NCBI GenBank assembly: GCA_963846575.1
Contig: CAWJWJ010000001.1
Span: 832,001-896,000 of the forward strand
Direction: 5' to 3'
DNA from: an uncultured Nitrospiraceae bacterium
Lineage (GTDB): Bacteria > Nitrospirota > Nitrospiria > Nitrospirales > Nitrospiraceae
DNA: 64,000 nt
The stretch's first letter is position 1. Every line of letters starts with the position of its first letter. The notes beneath the pieces were generated by a model that saw only the letters and a program-made list of their open reading frames with translations, did not search any database and was not told the DNA's origin. The translations under genes were made by a program, and so were the position numbers. Below, piece by piece: positions 10,931-20,287 of the stretch.

Positions 10931-11533
10931 ATGAGTATTGATCAACAGGGGCTTTTGGCGAAATTGGTGCGCGAGCTGGTCCGTCTACCTGGAATCGGCC
11001 AAAAAAGTGGGCAACGGTTGGCGTTTCATATCCTGAAGTCGGAGCGAGAGGATGCGCTTCGCCTGGCTGAAGCAATCCAGGCGGTGAAGGAGGGCCTATC
11101 CTTCTGTCGTCAATGCCGCAATATCGCCGAAGAAGAGCTGTGCGAATTCTGCCGGGATTCCAGGCGCGATCGATCCAAGATTCTCGTTATTGAAGAGCCG
11201 AGCACGCTCTACGCGATCGAGCGCGCCGGCGGGTATCGGGGTCTATATCACGTTCTGTTAGGGGTGTTGTCCCCGCTAGACGGTGTCGGGCCGTCCGATA
11301 TACGTGCGGATGAACTACTTGATCGGGTCAAGGCGGGCGGGGTGGAGGAAGTGATTGTCGCCACGAACCCCACAATCGAGGGCGAGGCGACGGCTATCTA
11401 TTTGACCCGCTTATTGAAGCCTCATCATGTGAGAGTCTCTCGCATTGCGTACGGAATTCCAGTGGGTATGGATATCGAGTACGCGGATGAGGTCACCCTG
11501 GTGAAGTCCATTGAAGGTCGGCGGGACCTTTGA
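10931..11533 (+). CDS. recR: Recombination mediator RecR
   Basis: LPGIGQKS HhH, C4 zinc finger, YHVLLG, ATNPTIEGEATA toprim. Confidence 0.97.
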   Translation: MSIDQQGLLAKLVRELVRLPGIGQKSGQRLAFHILKSEREDALRLAEAIQAVKEGLSFCRQCRNIAEEELCEFCRDSRRDRSKILVIEEPSTLYAIERAGGYRGLYHVLLGVLSPLDGVGPSDIRADELLDRVKAGGVEEVIVATNPTIEGEATAIYLTRLLKPHHVRVSRIAYGIPVGMDIEYADEVTLVKSIEGRRDL

Positions 11534-11548
11534 AATGGGCAGCCCCGA

Positions 11549-11578
11549 TTGACCCTCTTCGTTTGAGCCTGTTATATT
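11549..11578 (+). promoter_or_regulatory. Putative sigma70 promoter for dksA
   Basis: TTGACC-N18-TATATT with extended TG. Confidence 0.45.
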
Positions 11579-11631
11579 CGAATTCCTGCGCGGTCTGAGG
11601 CCATTACCGGCGTAATCAAATCGAGTATTCG

Positions 11632-12039
11632 ATGAAGGCTCCGGCAAAAAAAACCACTCCTGATCGACGGAAGCCCGCGAAGGCCAATGGAGTTAAGTAT
11701 CCGGACATTCTGCGTGACCTGGAAGGTCAGCGTGCCGCAATTCTGGCTGAAGCCGGAGTGGTGTTGACAAGTCCTACCGGTCTGGAGATTTTCCCGGACG
11801 TGAGCGACCAGGCTTCTGCTGAAGCCGACCAGCATTTTTCATTTCGGATACGAGAGCGGGAGCAAAAACTGCTCAAGAAAATTGACGAGGCGTTGAGTCG
11901 ATTTGCCGCCAAGACCTATGGAATTTGTGAGCGCTGCAAGGGAGACATCCCCTATAAGCGTCTGAAAGCCCGCCCAGTTACCACGTTGTGTATCGAGTGT
12001 AAGACGAGCCAGGAAGAAGAAGAAAGATCCCACCGCTAA
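11632..12039 (+). CDS. dksA: RNA polymerase-binding protein DksA
   Basis: DVSDQA coiled-coil tip, YGICERC..RLKARPVTTLCIEC. Confidence 0.9.
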   Translation: MKAPAKKTTPDRRKPAKANGVKYPDILRDLEGQRAAILAEAGVVLTSPTGLEIFPDVSDQASAEADQHFSFRIREREQKLLKKIDEALSRFAAKTYGICERCKGDIPYKRLKARPVTTLCIECKTSQEEEERSHR

Positions 12040-12106
12040 GATTCCATCCGGTACGCTGAGTTCAGCCGACCCCCTGTCCTTTCGTGCAATCCTTGTGCAA
12101 CCTGCC

Positions 12107-13249
12107 CTAATGTTTGAGCGCCTTCACGCGTGTCTTGGCAAGTGCGGATCGGTCCGCTTCTTCAGGAATGCCTTCAACGAGGGCCAGATAGGTCTCATAT
12201 TCAGTAAGGGCTCGTTTAGGGTTGGTGTCCGCGATCGCTTCGGCCACGTTGAAGCGAGCAATCGCATAGTTGGGACGCAGCAACACCGCCTTCTCGAATG
12301 AAGCCAGGGCATTGGGCTTATCCCCTAATTTCCCATACACGGAGCCGAGGTTGTTATACACCTCCGGAGAATTTGGCCGTTTCGCCAAGGATGCCAGCAG
12401 TTCGCTCTTGGCCTTCTCCAGGTTACCTGTGGATTCCCACGAAACCCCCAGTCGGTGGTGAAGCTCTGCCTGCCAGACCTTGTTGGTAAATCCCGAGACG
12501 CTCGCCTTTTGGTATGCATCCAGCGCAACGACATGGTTTTTTTCTCCACAGTAGGCAAGCTGAGCCGCCTGGCCGCGCGCGAATTGCTGAAGGGATGCGA
12601 AGGGTTCTTTGTCTTCAGCACCCTGAGAATCTAACCGCTGGCCGTCTGATTGCTGCGCCGTATTGCGCAGACGGTCGAGAAATTCCTTCCGGTAAGGGGA
12701 GAAGAGTGCGACATACGGATCAATCGTAAAGGAGGCTTCAAGCAGGCGGGGCTCGGTTTTATCGGCCAGTACGAGATACCGTGTGGTGGTTTTTTCCTCG
12801 CCTGTATCGTAGAGCGTGCTGCCAGCCATATTCTGGCGATCGGCCAAATGTGCGACGGTGAGATAGAACTCTAGGGTCGGTTTGAGTTGACTCAGTGTGC
12901 GCCTCAGCGTCTTGTACGGTGCCAGATCGAGACCTGAACGAAAGACGAAGAGCGCACCCACCAACGTTCCATCCTCATCAAAAAAGTATGACTCCTCGCC
13001 CTTGGAGAGGCTTTGTTCGGGTGCGATGCGTAATTCTTCACCGGTGCCCCACGCCTGGACGCGGTGCGACAGGCCGGGATGTGCTTTCAGGAACGTCTTG
13101 CGTGAATCACAGAGTTTGGTCGTCTTGAGCAAGTCGAGATCGCTTTCTGACGGAGGAAGCGGTGCTCGAGGAGGTGGTGGAGTCTCACAACTCGTCAACA
13201 GGACAGACAGGGTGAACAGTAGTGATGCCAGATATGGTCGACAATGCAT
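12107..13249 (-). CDS. TPR-repeat lipoprotein
   Basis: Lipobox LTSC; C-terminal TPRs (PEVYNNLGSVY..., PNYAIARFN). Confidence 0.75.
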   Translation of the reverse strand: MHCRPYLASLLFTLSVLLTSCETPPPPRAPLPPSESDLDLLKTTKLCDSRKTFLKAHPGLSHRVQAWGTGEELRIAPEQSLSKGEESYFFDEDGTLVGALFVFRSGLDLAPYKTLRRTLSQLKPTLEFYLTVAHLADRQNMAGSTLYDTGEEKTTTRYLVLADKTEPRLLEASFTIDPYVALFSPYRKEFLDRLRNTAQQSDGQRLDSQGAEDKEPFASLQQFARGQAAQLAYCGEKNHVVALDAYQKASVSGFTNKVWQAELHHRLGVSWESTGNLEKAKSELLASLAKRPNSPEVYNNLGSVYGKLGDKPNALASFEKAVLLRPNYAIARFNVAEAIADTNPKRALTEYETYLALVEGIPEEADRSALAKTRVKALKH

Positions 13250-13412
13250 GGTCAGGTTGCTAAGCCTCCGGTCGAGCTGTGGGCAGTATGGGATGGACGA
13301 GCATACCGTAATGAATGGGGTGGATGCGACTGGCAGTGGGTGGAGCGGAAAGCCGCCAGAATGCCTTGTTTCGCCGGCCAGAATCGACACGGCCGGCGAA
13401 ACTTGAAGCGGC

Positions 13413-13739
13413 TTATCGACGTTGTGAGTCGATCATCGAGTCTTCGGCGGTATAGCCGAACAGGTAGGGGGCCGTTCTCGCAATGGCATAGAGCGGACGG
13501 TTCACCGTATAGTCGACGAGGACACCGACCGGGTGGAGGATAAATCCAAGCCATCGAAACGGATTGTCATTGGACTGGGAGGCGGCCATCGGATCGGAAT
13601 AGACCAGCGAAGTGCTGTCCATCGCGCTGTAGATGCTGAGTGGCGCATTGTAGTTCTGATCCTGCGCGACCATCTGGTTGGTGGAGCAACCGGTCGTCAG
13701 AACGAGGCTCAATATGATGGTTGCCACAGTCCCGCGCAT
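13413..13739 (-). CDS. Hypothetical lipoprotein
   Basis: Lipobox TTGC, GAGGA RBS. Confidence 0.65.
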   Translation of the reverse strand: MRGTVATIILSLVLTTGCSTNQMVAQDQNYNAPLSIYSAMDSTSLVYSDPMAASQSNDNPFRWLGFILHPVGVLVDYTVNRPLYAIARTAPYLFGYTAEDSMIDSQRR

Positions 13740-13913
13740 ACAATCCTCTCTTTCTTCGGTAGGAACCTTCGAAATAATGGATCTGTTCCTTGTGAGAAAA
13801 GTCTAGCGCAGGGTCGTGATTCTGTCCAGTCTAGGAACTCACCGGTCGGCTTCAGACGGAAGCGAGATAAATTAGTCTGTTATGGACAATGACGCGAAGC
13901 CATCGACCGGCGG

Positions 13914-13962
13914 GATGGTGGGCGATACTGGTATCGAACCAGTGGCCTCTTCCGTGTGAAGG
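13914..13962 (-). repeat. att site: duplicated 3' part of tRNA-Val
   Basis: GATGGTGGGCGATACTGGTATCGAACCAGTGGCCTCTTCCGTGTGAAGG, identical to 20242-20290. Confidence 0.95.
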
Positions 13963-14091
13963 TAAAAAGCTAGATTTTCGAATTGCTCGCTGTTGCAACG
14001 GTTTCCCCACAAAACCTTTCAATGTCATGTGGTTAAGAGCTTTCTATCGCGTCTACTGTGTACAGGAGATTTTAAGGTTTTGGCTTATTTC

Positions 14092-14113
14092 TGACACAAA
14101 AATGACCACAGTG
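14092..14113 (+). repeat. 22-bp direct repeat, putative integrase arm site (copy 1)
   Basis: TGACACAAAAATGACCACAGTG, identical to 20179-20200. Confidence 0.75.
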
Positions 14114-14278
14114 CCTCGGAAGACAGGATCGTTAATCAGCGGGGAGGGTCAAAAAATCGGGCAGTCCGAACACTCCAGCAATGAACGACGGTCGAGCGGC
14201 TCGCAAAATCGCTGACCGCTGACTACAGAGCCGTACCACCATGGTATACTGCCTGCGGATACACTGGATGTGCTGCCG

Positions 14279-14533
14279 ATGAAAGCCGTGAAGTACACCA
14301 AAGAAGGCGTAGTGATTCCCTCCTCCTGGATGAAGGGGTGGGGAAAAGCCGTCGTGGCACATCGCGACTCCGACGTCCTGATCTTGGAGTCCCCGGCCAG
14401 AGCGGCGAGTCGCAAGAAGTTGGCCCGTATGGTCAGCAAGCTACGCCGCGCCACCCGCGAACTGGGCGTCACCCCCGAACAGATTGCCGCTGAGGTTGCA
14501 GCGGTTCGGCGCGAGCGTGCGCGTCCTTCTTGA
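14279..14533 (+). CDS. Putative antitoxin (AbrB/VapB-like) of PIN TA pair
   Basis: Small ORF overlapping the PIN gene; GVVIP motif; LGVTPEQIAAEVAAVR tail. Confidence 0.65.
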   Translation: MKAVKYTKEGVVIPSSWMKGWGKAVVAHRDSDVLILESPARAASRKKLARMVSKLRRATRELGVTPEQIAAEVAAVRRERARPS

Positions 14534-14936
14534 TACCAATATATTCGTGTCCGGCCTGTTGTCCGCCGCAGGGCCTCCTGCCCGGATCATTCAGGCTGTC
14601 TTACAGCGCCGCCTCATCCCCCTCATGAGCTCCGATACTTTCGCGGAACTGGAAGCCGTCCTGCGGCGGCCCAAACTCCAACGGGCGTTCACCCGCGCTG
14701 GGGTGAATATCACGAGCTTTCTAGCGACCATCCAAGCTGAAGTGCAGTTCGTCGATCCCCATCCCACGAATACTCCGTTGCGTGATGCGCATGATCGACC
14801 GTTCCTCGATCTCATGGCGACCTCACCTCCACCGCAATATTTCGTCACCGGAGATAAGGATTTCGAGGCCTCACACTACAGTGGCGTGCCGGTCATTTCA
14901 GCTGCCGAGTTTGCCCGCCTGCTCACACATCGCTAG
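14517..14936 (+). CDS. PIN-domain (VapC-like) toxin
   Basis: RVLLDTNIFVSGLL..E...RDAHDRPF..FVTGDKD. Confidence 0.88.
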   Translation: MRVLLDTNIFVSGLLSAAGPPARIIQAVLQRRLIPLMSSDTFAELEAVLRRPKLQRAFTRAGVNITSFLATIQAEVQFVDPHPTNTPLRDAHDRPFLDLMATSPPPQYFVTGDKDFEASHYSGVPVISAAEFARLLTHR

Positions 14937-15126
14937 TGGATTCTTGTCTTGCTCACAATGCGAAGCTACGCGCGCCGTTGCTTCGATCTCCGCTGGCAGC
15001 GAGGTATTCAGCGTCCATTCGGACTACCGTAATTGGGTGAACCGCCGTGAGAGCTCGAGAGAGCCTGTCTGGGGAAGCGTGCCTGCTAGCTGTAGAAGTG
15101 GACGCCTCATTCACCCACTTCTTCGC

Positions 15127-15537
15127 TCAAAGCTCGGAACGCTCACTCAGGAAAGGAGAGAATAATCTTGTTCTGGCACCAGCAGGCACCACAACAGCCA
15201 AGGTATACGCAGTGGCAGATGAGACCATGGCGGTCACCCCATTGAACTTCACGACATTGTTGGAGGGAACCGGATCAAATCCGTAGCCTTGCACGCGACA
15301 GAGTTCCGTGACTGGTCCACTGCCGGGATTCACGAGATAGATCCCGATGCCACTGCCATGCGGCGTGAAGCGATCGATCGAGAGAAGATTGCCGACTGGA
15401 TCGTAGTTGTAGACGGCGGTCGCGCCAGTACTGTCGCTCACACTTGTGAGGCGACCCTGGTCATCATAGAGATATTGGGCTTGATCGGCTTGGAGTGACG
15501 AAACGAGACAAAACAAAAAAATAACCGTCGGAATCAT
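15127..15537 (-). pseudogene. Truncated N-terminal fragment of a secreted YD/Rhs protein with IPT/TIG domain
   Basis: Signal peptide, YLYDDQGRL and YNYDPVGNL YD repeats, PGSGP..GYGF..NVVKFNG..VVVP IPT domain, then abrupt end. Confidence 0.7.
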
Positions 15538-15625
15538 TCGACCTTCGACGGCTAGCTGTTTTCCTGATAACACTTAGTTTCCTCGTTTTTCATGAGGATT
15601 TACATTGATGGTGACTTGCATCTAG

Positions 15626-16141
15626 TTATTTCTTAGACATGTTCGGCTCAACAAATTGAACGGCCAACATGTCTACAACTCCTGATAGATTTTCTATACT
15701 GTGCCCAATTTCAGCCCGTTGGTTAACCGAAAGTTGAAACAATTCGCTTGTCTTTTCTCGAAGCACCCTTCCATGAAAGTCGACAAAAAAGGTGTCGTCC
15801 GGGGATTTCAGTTTGAGTTTTATCGCTCCATCTTCCAGAGGGACAGATCCCCGAGTCGCCGTGAGCATTTTTTTTAACTTGCGAAGGAGAGGGTGTTCAC
15901 CAGACGGATTAAAAGAGGTAGGGGTTCCCGTAATAATCTGAATCTTAAACGAGCTTCTCTCCTCTATTTCTGTCATTCGAATCCCAACCAACATGGAGGC
16001 CTCAAACGGGTCATAGAAAACTTTCGCCACTGCTGGCGCATTTGGCCTATCATTCTTCGATTGTCCTGAAACGTTCCCGACGAAAAATACACAAAACAAA
16101 TAGAAGAGAAGACAACAAATCTTTACAGCGCTACTTCTCAC
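15626..16141 (-). CDS. Putative immunity protein (exported) for the Rhs toxin tip
   Basis: Overlaps the Rhs ORF end, AT-rich, N-terminal signal peptide, no recognisable family. Confidence 0.55.
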   Translation of the reverse strand: MRSSAVKICCLLFYLFCVFFVGNVSGQSKNDRPNAPAVAKVFYDPFEASMLVGIRMTEIEERSSFKIQIITGTPTSFNPSGEHPLLRKLKKMLTATRGSVPLEDGAIKLKLKSPDDTFFVDFHGRVLREKTSELFQLSVNQRAEIGHSIENLSGVVDMLAVQFVEPNMSKK

Positions 16142-17402
16142 TGTTGCTCCTTTTGCATGGCAAATCGATATGTTGAGTGCGAATAGGTTCGTTTAGATCT
16201 TGAGACACGGGGTTTTCGTACTGGCCAATTATGCGCACTTCGTATTCCCTTATCGTCTCAGTCTGATTCATTTTGTAATCAATTAGGTGGCCCATTTCAT
16301 GAGCCAATGCTCGCTCCAGGGAGAAAGTGAATTTTCGACCTCCCGAGCAGCTGCTAAGGCCTTGCACGTAAGTGGGGTCTATTTCTATCCAAAGATATGC
16401 GGCCCGACTAACTTTCCACCCAGTCCTATCTATGACTTGGTAATGAGTCAATGAGTTCTGAAGCTCGGTAATCATTCGAAGGCCGGATGGGCTCTTCGCA
16501 ATAAGATTGCCGAAAGCTACTTGAAACACGGGGTTTGAAGGAATGTCTAATATCAATCCAAACGGATCAACGAAGGACAGTGGCCGATTGGCAACATAGA
16601 CATATAAATTCATGGCACTGCTACCAAACTCAATAGGATCCTCACCGACAAACCGCTGGATCTTCGGGTGATAGTACCGCGCCCCATAGAAGTAGAGTCC
16701 CGTCCCATCATTCTCCCGCCCTGTGTACTGAAACTCATTACTGCTGACAGTGCCTGCTTGCGTGGAATTGCCGAAGGGCTCATAAGTGTACGTGGTCTGA
16801 CTCGTCCCGGCGGGATTCGTGAGCGCGATGGAGGTCCCGAGCGCATCGGTCTCGTAGAACTCATCGCTAGCGCCTTTGCGAATGTAGGGCTCATCAATGC
16901 TCAATCCACGGATATAGGTGACCGACGGGGTCGCCCCCGTCAATTCGGCATATACGTCACTCCCGTCGTACCAGAACCCGGCGGTGGTACCGTTGATCGT
17001 CTTGCTTTGTCTTCGTCCCAATCCGTCATAGATGAAGCTTGCCGTCAAACCGGTTCGGCTGATTCCTGTCAGTCTGTTTCTGGCATCCCACGTATAGGTC
17101 GTGGTCACCCCGGCTTGCGTCTCGGTCGCGAGATTGCCATTGCTGTCATATGTCAAATTGGTAGTCGCGCTGTTCCACCGTGTTAGCTCATTCGCCACGT
17201 CGTACCCAATATTGGCGGCGGCCACGGCTGTAGGAAGGTTAGAAGCAACCGCGTTCTGACGTAACTGCGTGATCCGATTTCCCTGCTTATCGTACGTATA
17301 GGTGAGCGCTTCAATCGTCGTCGGCGTCAGGGTTTTACTTCCCTCTGATCCTATCCCAGAACGCGGGGAATGCCTCCCAAACTGTTTTTCGCGCACGGTC
17401 AA
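16131..17402 (-). CDS. Orphan Rhs C-terminal module: YD repeats, Rhs core, HExxH metallopeptidase toxin tip (5' truncated)
   Basis: YTGRENDGTGLYFYGARYY, NLYVYVANRPLSFVDPFGL cleavage motif, tip with LAHEMGH. Confidence 0.85.
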   Translation of the reverse strand: MTVREKQFGRHSPRSGIGSEGSKTLTPTTIEALTYTYDKQGNRITQLRQNAVASNLPTAVAAANIGYDVANELTRWNSATTNLTYDSNGNLATETQAGVTTTYTWDARNRLTGISRTGLTASFIYDGLGRRQSKTINGTTAGFWYDGSDVYAELTGATPSVTYIRGLSIDEPYIRKGASDEFYETDALGTSIALTNPAGTSQTTYTYEPFGNSTQAGTVSSNEFQYTGRENDGTGLYFYGARYYHPKIQRFVGEDPIEFGSSAMNLYVYVANRPLSFVDPFGLILDIPSNPVFQVAFGNLIAKSPSGLRMITELQNSLTHYQVIDRTGWKVSRAAYLWIEIDPTYVQGLSSCSGGRKFTFSLERALAHEMGHLIDYKMNQTETIREYEVRIIGQYENPVSQDLNEPIRTQHIDLPCKRSNSEK

Positions 17403-17750
17403 AAAACCGGTCGATTTTTGGTTACTGCATGTTCCGGCTCTGAACGATGCTCACAATTGCCGCTCTGAGCGCACTAAAACGCACATACGCCTCCTTATGC
17501 CTACTTCCTTTCGTGCCTCATCTGTCCCAAAATCTGTCCTCTCCTGTCCCCGCGTGACCCCTAGTGGCCCCTTCAGGGGCCTTTGCTTCACTCCGGTGAT
17601 TCGCCTAGGGTGAGACGAACGGGAACAGGGCTCAAATGGAGGGAATGATGTCCGAGTCGGAACGCGTCAGACAGGAACACCGTCGTCCGTGGAAGGGAGA
17701 CAAAGCCGGTCCGCGCCGCATGCCGTCAGGCTGGGGCGCGGAGCGGAATG

Positions 17751-17775
17751 GCCCCCGTCTTGGTAACACGGGGGC
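17751..17775 (+). promoter_or_regulatory. Putative rolling-circle nick site (dso/oriT) hairpin
   Basis: GCCCCCGT-CTTGGTAAC-ACGGGGGC, 40 bp upstream of the Rep_trans gene. Confidence 0.6.
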
Positions 17776-17814
17776 GCTACCCACAGCGCTCCGTACAGGA
17801 GTTCGATAGATTCC

Positions 17815-18822
17815 ATGGATTCTAGCTTCACCCTCTCGATTGATTGGCTGGCCTTTACCGTCTTGGCGAGCAACCCCCAAGAGACCATGAAGGTTCTTGG
17901 CGGCGATTGGAGTAGGGCCAAAGGGGACTTCCGAGGGTATCCCTTGTCCTGGATGCGGGTAGACGGCCTGCGCGGGGTCGGCAAACTGGGCACCAATGCC
18001 CCTCGTCGTCCGAATGAAATCCATGTGGACTTGTCGGGCGGCCTCGCGTCCGCCATGACACTGGATCAGATCCGAACCCTGCTCAAGTGGGTACATGCCC
18101 AACAGGGGCATGTCACACGCATCGACTGTGCACTCGATGACCGAGCGGGAACGGTGCCGGTCTCGACCATCCGAGAAGCGGTATCGGCAGGCCAATGTGT
18201 CACGAGGGCGGCTCAGGTCCGGCATATCGTGTCCAATCTGACGCATGGGACAGGAGCCACCACGGGCGAGACGATGTACTTCGGGAGTCCGCAGAGTCAG
18301 ACCTTGCTCCGTATCTACGACAAGCGCTTGGAACTGCAGAGCAAGGGCCAGGAAAACTACCAGGACTACGGGACTCGGTGGGAGTTGGAACTCAAGAAGG
18401 ACCGCGCCGAGCAATGTGCAAGAGCATTGGCGACCTTAGACGAAGCCGATTGGAAGGAGTTAGTAGTCGGCTTGCTTCGCTCCTATGTGGATTTCAGACA
18501 GATTACCAAAGAGACAGAGGATGAAGACCGATACCGGGCTCCAGTCTTGGAGTGGTACGCCCTCCTGACGGAGGGATTTCAGAAGGGGCGATTGGCCCAG
18601 GAGAAGCAGGTACAGACCCTGCAGTATGTGAAACGATGGGTGAGTGACACCCTGACGCCGATGTTGGCGGTTATTTGTGCCACCCCTGGAGGGGAAGAAT
18701 GGCTACAGCAGGAAATTGTCAGGGGCATTGCTCGGTGGAAAGACCGACACCGCAATTTGCTCAAACAACCACCCAATCGGTTTCACCGGTCTGCCGGCGG
18801 TCACGCGGGCAGCCCATGTTAG
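17815..18822 (+). CDS. Rep_trans family replication initiator / MOBT-like relaxase
   Basis: IDWLAFT, TRIDCALD, GETMYFGS, RIYDK, RWELELK motifs. Confidence 0.88.
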   Translation: MDSSFTLSIDWLAFTVLASNPQETMKVLGGDWSRAKGDFRGYPLSWMRVDGLRGVGKLGTNAPRRPNEIHVDLSGGLASAMTLDQIRTLLKWVHAQQGHVTRIDCALDDRAGTVPVSTIREAVSAGQCVTRAAQVRHIVSNLTHGTGATTGETMYFGSPQSQTLLRIYDKRLELQSKGQENYQDYGTRWELELKKDRAEQCARALATLDEADWKELVVGLLRSYVDFRQITKETEDEDRYRAPVLEWYALLTEGFQKGRLAQEKQVQTLQYVKRWVSDTLTPMLAVICATPGGEEWLQQEIVRGIARWKDRHRNLLKQPPNRFHRSAGGHAGSPC

Positions 18823-18864
18823 GGGGACTGGGGGTGTCGGCAGACTCCCCCGGTGTATCTGCAC

Positions 18865-19179
18865 ATGCTCACCGTCAAAGAGCTCTCGGCTTGGCTCAAC
18901 ATCAAGCCGTCCACACTCTACCTCTGGGTTTCCAAGAAAAAGATTCCGTGCCGTCGCATTCATGGCCTCGTCCGCTTTGAACCTGAGGCGATCCAGGCCT
19001 GGCTAAACGGCTTTTCTTCTACGTCGAATATGAGGCCTCACCGCGTGCCTCGGCGTAAAGCTGGTGACGTAGACCACCTCATTGAAGCGGCTAAACGTGC
19101 CGTCTATACTTCCCGCCACGGGGAAACCAGACCAACAGCGAGCCCTCTTGGAAAGGAGAACAACGATGGGGCTCGTTAA
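18865..19179 (+). CDS. Excisionase-like HTH DNA-binding protein
   Basis: MLTVKELSAWLNIKPSTLYLWV...IP..RI..LVRF; directly before int. Confidence 0.85.
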   Translation: MLTVKELSAWLNIKPSTLYLWVSKKKIPCRRIHGLVRFEPEAIQAWLNGFSSTSNMRPHRVPRRKAGDVDHLIEAAKRAVYTSRHGETRPTASPLGKENNDGAR

Positions 19180-20287
19180 GCGTGGGAGTATTTGGTGGAT
19201 GAATATTGTGTTTCAAGGGCAACGCATTCGCCGCTCGACAGGGTCATCGAATCGAGCTTTGGCTGACGCCATTATGGCGAAGGTGAAGGTGCAATTGATC
19301 GAGGGGCAGTATTTTGATCGAGCGGAGGAACAATCTCGGACCTTCGCGGAATTGATGGATCGTTTTGAGCGAGAACACCTGGTGAAACTGGCCAGCCGAC
19401 AAACCGGACAAGCCTTCGTCAAGCGCTTCCGGGCCTTCTTCGGAGACCGGACGCTCGGCGAGATTACCCCTAAGCTGATCGCGGAGTATAAAAGTCGACG
19501 GTACGCTACCGGGGTGAAACCTGCCTCGATCAATCGAGAGCTCACCTGTTTGCGAAAGGCCTTCAACCTGGCGAGGCGGGAGTGGGAATGGTGTCGAGAC
19601 AATCCCGTCAGTCGCGTGTCTCTCGAAAAGGGCGCGACGAAACGAGACCGATGGCTGATGGAAGACGAGGAGGCACGATTGCTCGATGCCTGTCCGTCTT
19701 GGTTACGCGAGCTCGTGGTGTTCGCGCTGCATAGCGGGATGCGGTTGGGCGAGATCCTGTCACTGACCTGTGCCGGAGTGGATCTGTTCCGAAGAACGGC
19801 GACCGTGTTTGAGTCGAAAAACGGCGAGCGACGGACAGTGCCATTGAATCACACCGTGATGACGCTCCTGACGGAGAAGGCCAAAGTGCGGCATATCAAA
19901 ACCGCACTGGTCTTTCCGAGTCTCGCTGGTACACGGTTAGATCCTAACCATCTGCGACGGGCGTTGCGGCCTGCGATGGCAAAAGCGGGGATTGTGAACT
20001 GCCATTTCCATGACCTCCGCCACACCTTTGCGACGCGGCTGGTCCAGGCGGGAGTCGATCTTTACAAGGTGCAACGGCTCCTCGGGCACAAGTCGCCGAT
20101 GATGACGCAACGTTATGCTCATCATTACCCGGAAAGCCTGCGGGATGGAGTGGAGATTTTGGACCGACGATCACACTGTGACACAAAAATGACCACAGTG
20201 TTGCGCGTATCAGAGAGTGCTGTCGTGGAAGTCGTTGAAAAGATGGTGGGCGATACTGGTATCGAACCAGTGGCCTCTTCCGTGTGA
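19166..20287 (+). CDS. Tyrosine recombinase (phage-type integrase)
   Basis: AAGGAG RBS; SGMRLGEI, HDLRHTFA, LLGH, TQRY catalytic residues; arm-binding N-terminus. Confidence 0.95.
   Translation: MGLVKRGSIWWMNIVFQGQRIRRSTGSSNRALADAIMAKVKVQLIEGQYFDRAEEQSRTFAELMDRFEREHLVKLASRQTGQAFVKRFRAFFGDRTLGEITPKLIAEYKSRRYATGVKPASINRELTCLRKAFNLARREWEWCRDNPVSRVSLEKGATKRDRWLMEDEEARLLDACPSWLRELVVFALHSGMRLGEILSLTCAGVDLFRRTATVFESKNGERRTVPLNHTVMTLLTEKAKVRHIKTALVFPSLAGTRLDPNHLRRALRPAMAKAGIVNCHFHDLRHTFATRLVQAGVDLYKVQRLLGHKSPMMTQRYAHHYPESLRDGVEILDRRSHCDTKMTTVLRVSESAVVEVVEKMVGDTGIEPVASSV
20179..20200 (+). repeat. 22-bp direct repeat, putative integrase arm site (copy 2)
   Basis: Identical to 14092-14113. Confidence 0.75.

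Noticed and set aside
13914..13962. Second tRNA-Val gene
   Set aside because: Only the 3' part is present; it is the att duplicate
13889..14215. 108-aa ORF sharing DTKMTTV with the integrase
   Set aside because: Similarity comes from the 22-bp repeat; the ORF crosses the att site
17632..18414. 260-aa minus-strand ORF
   Set aside because: Antisense to the Rep_trans gene
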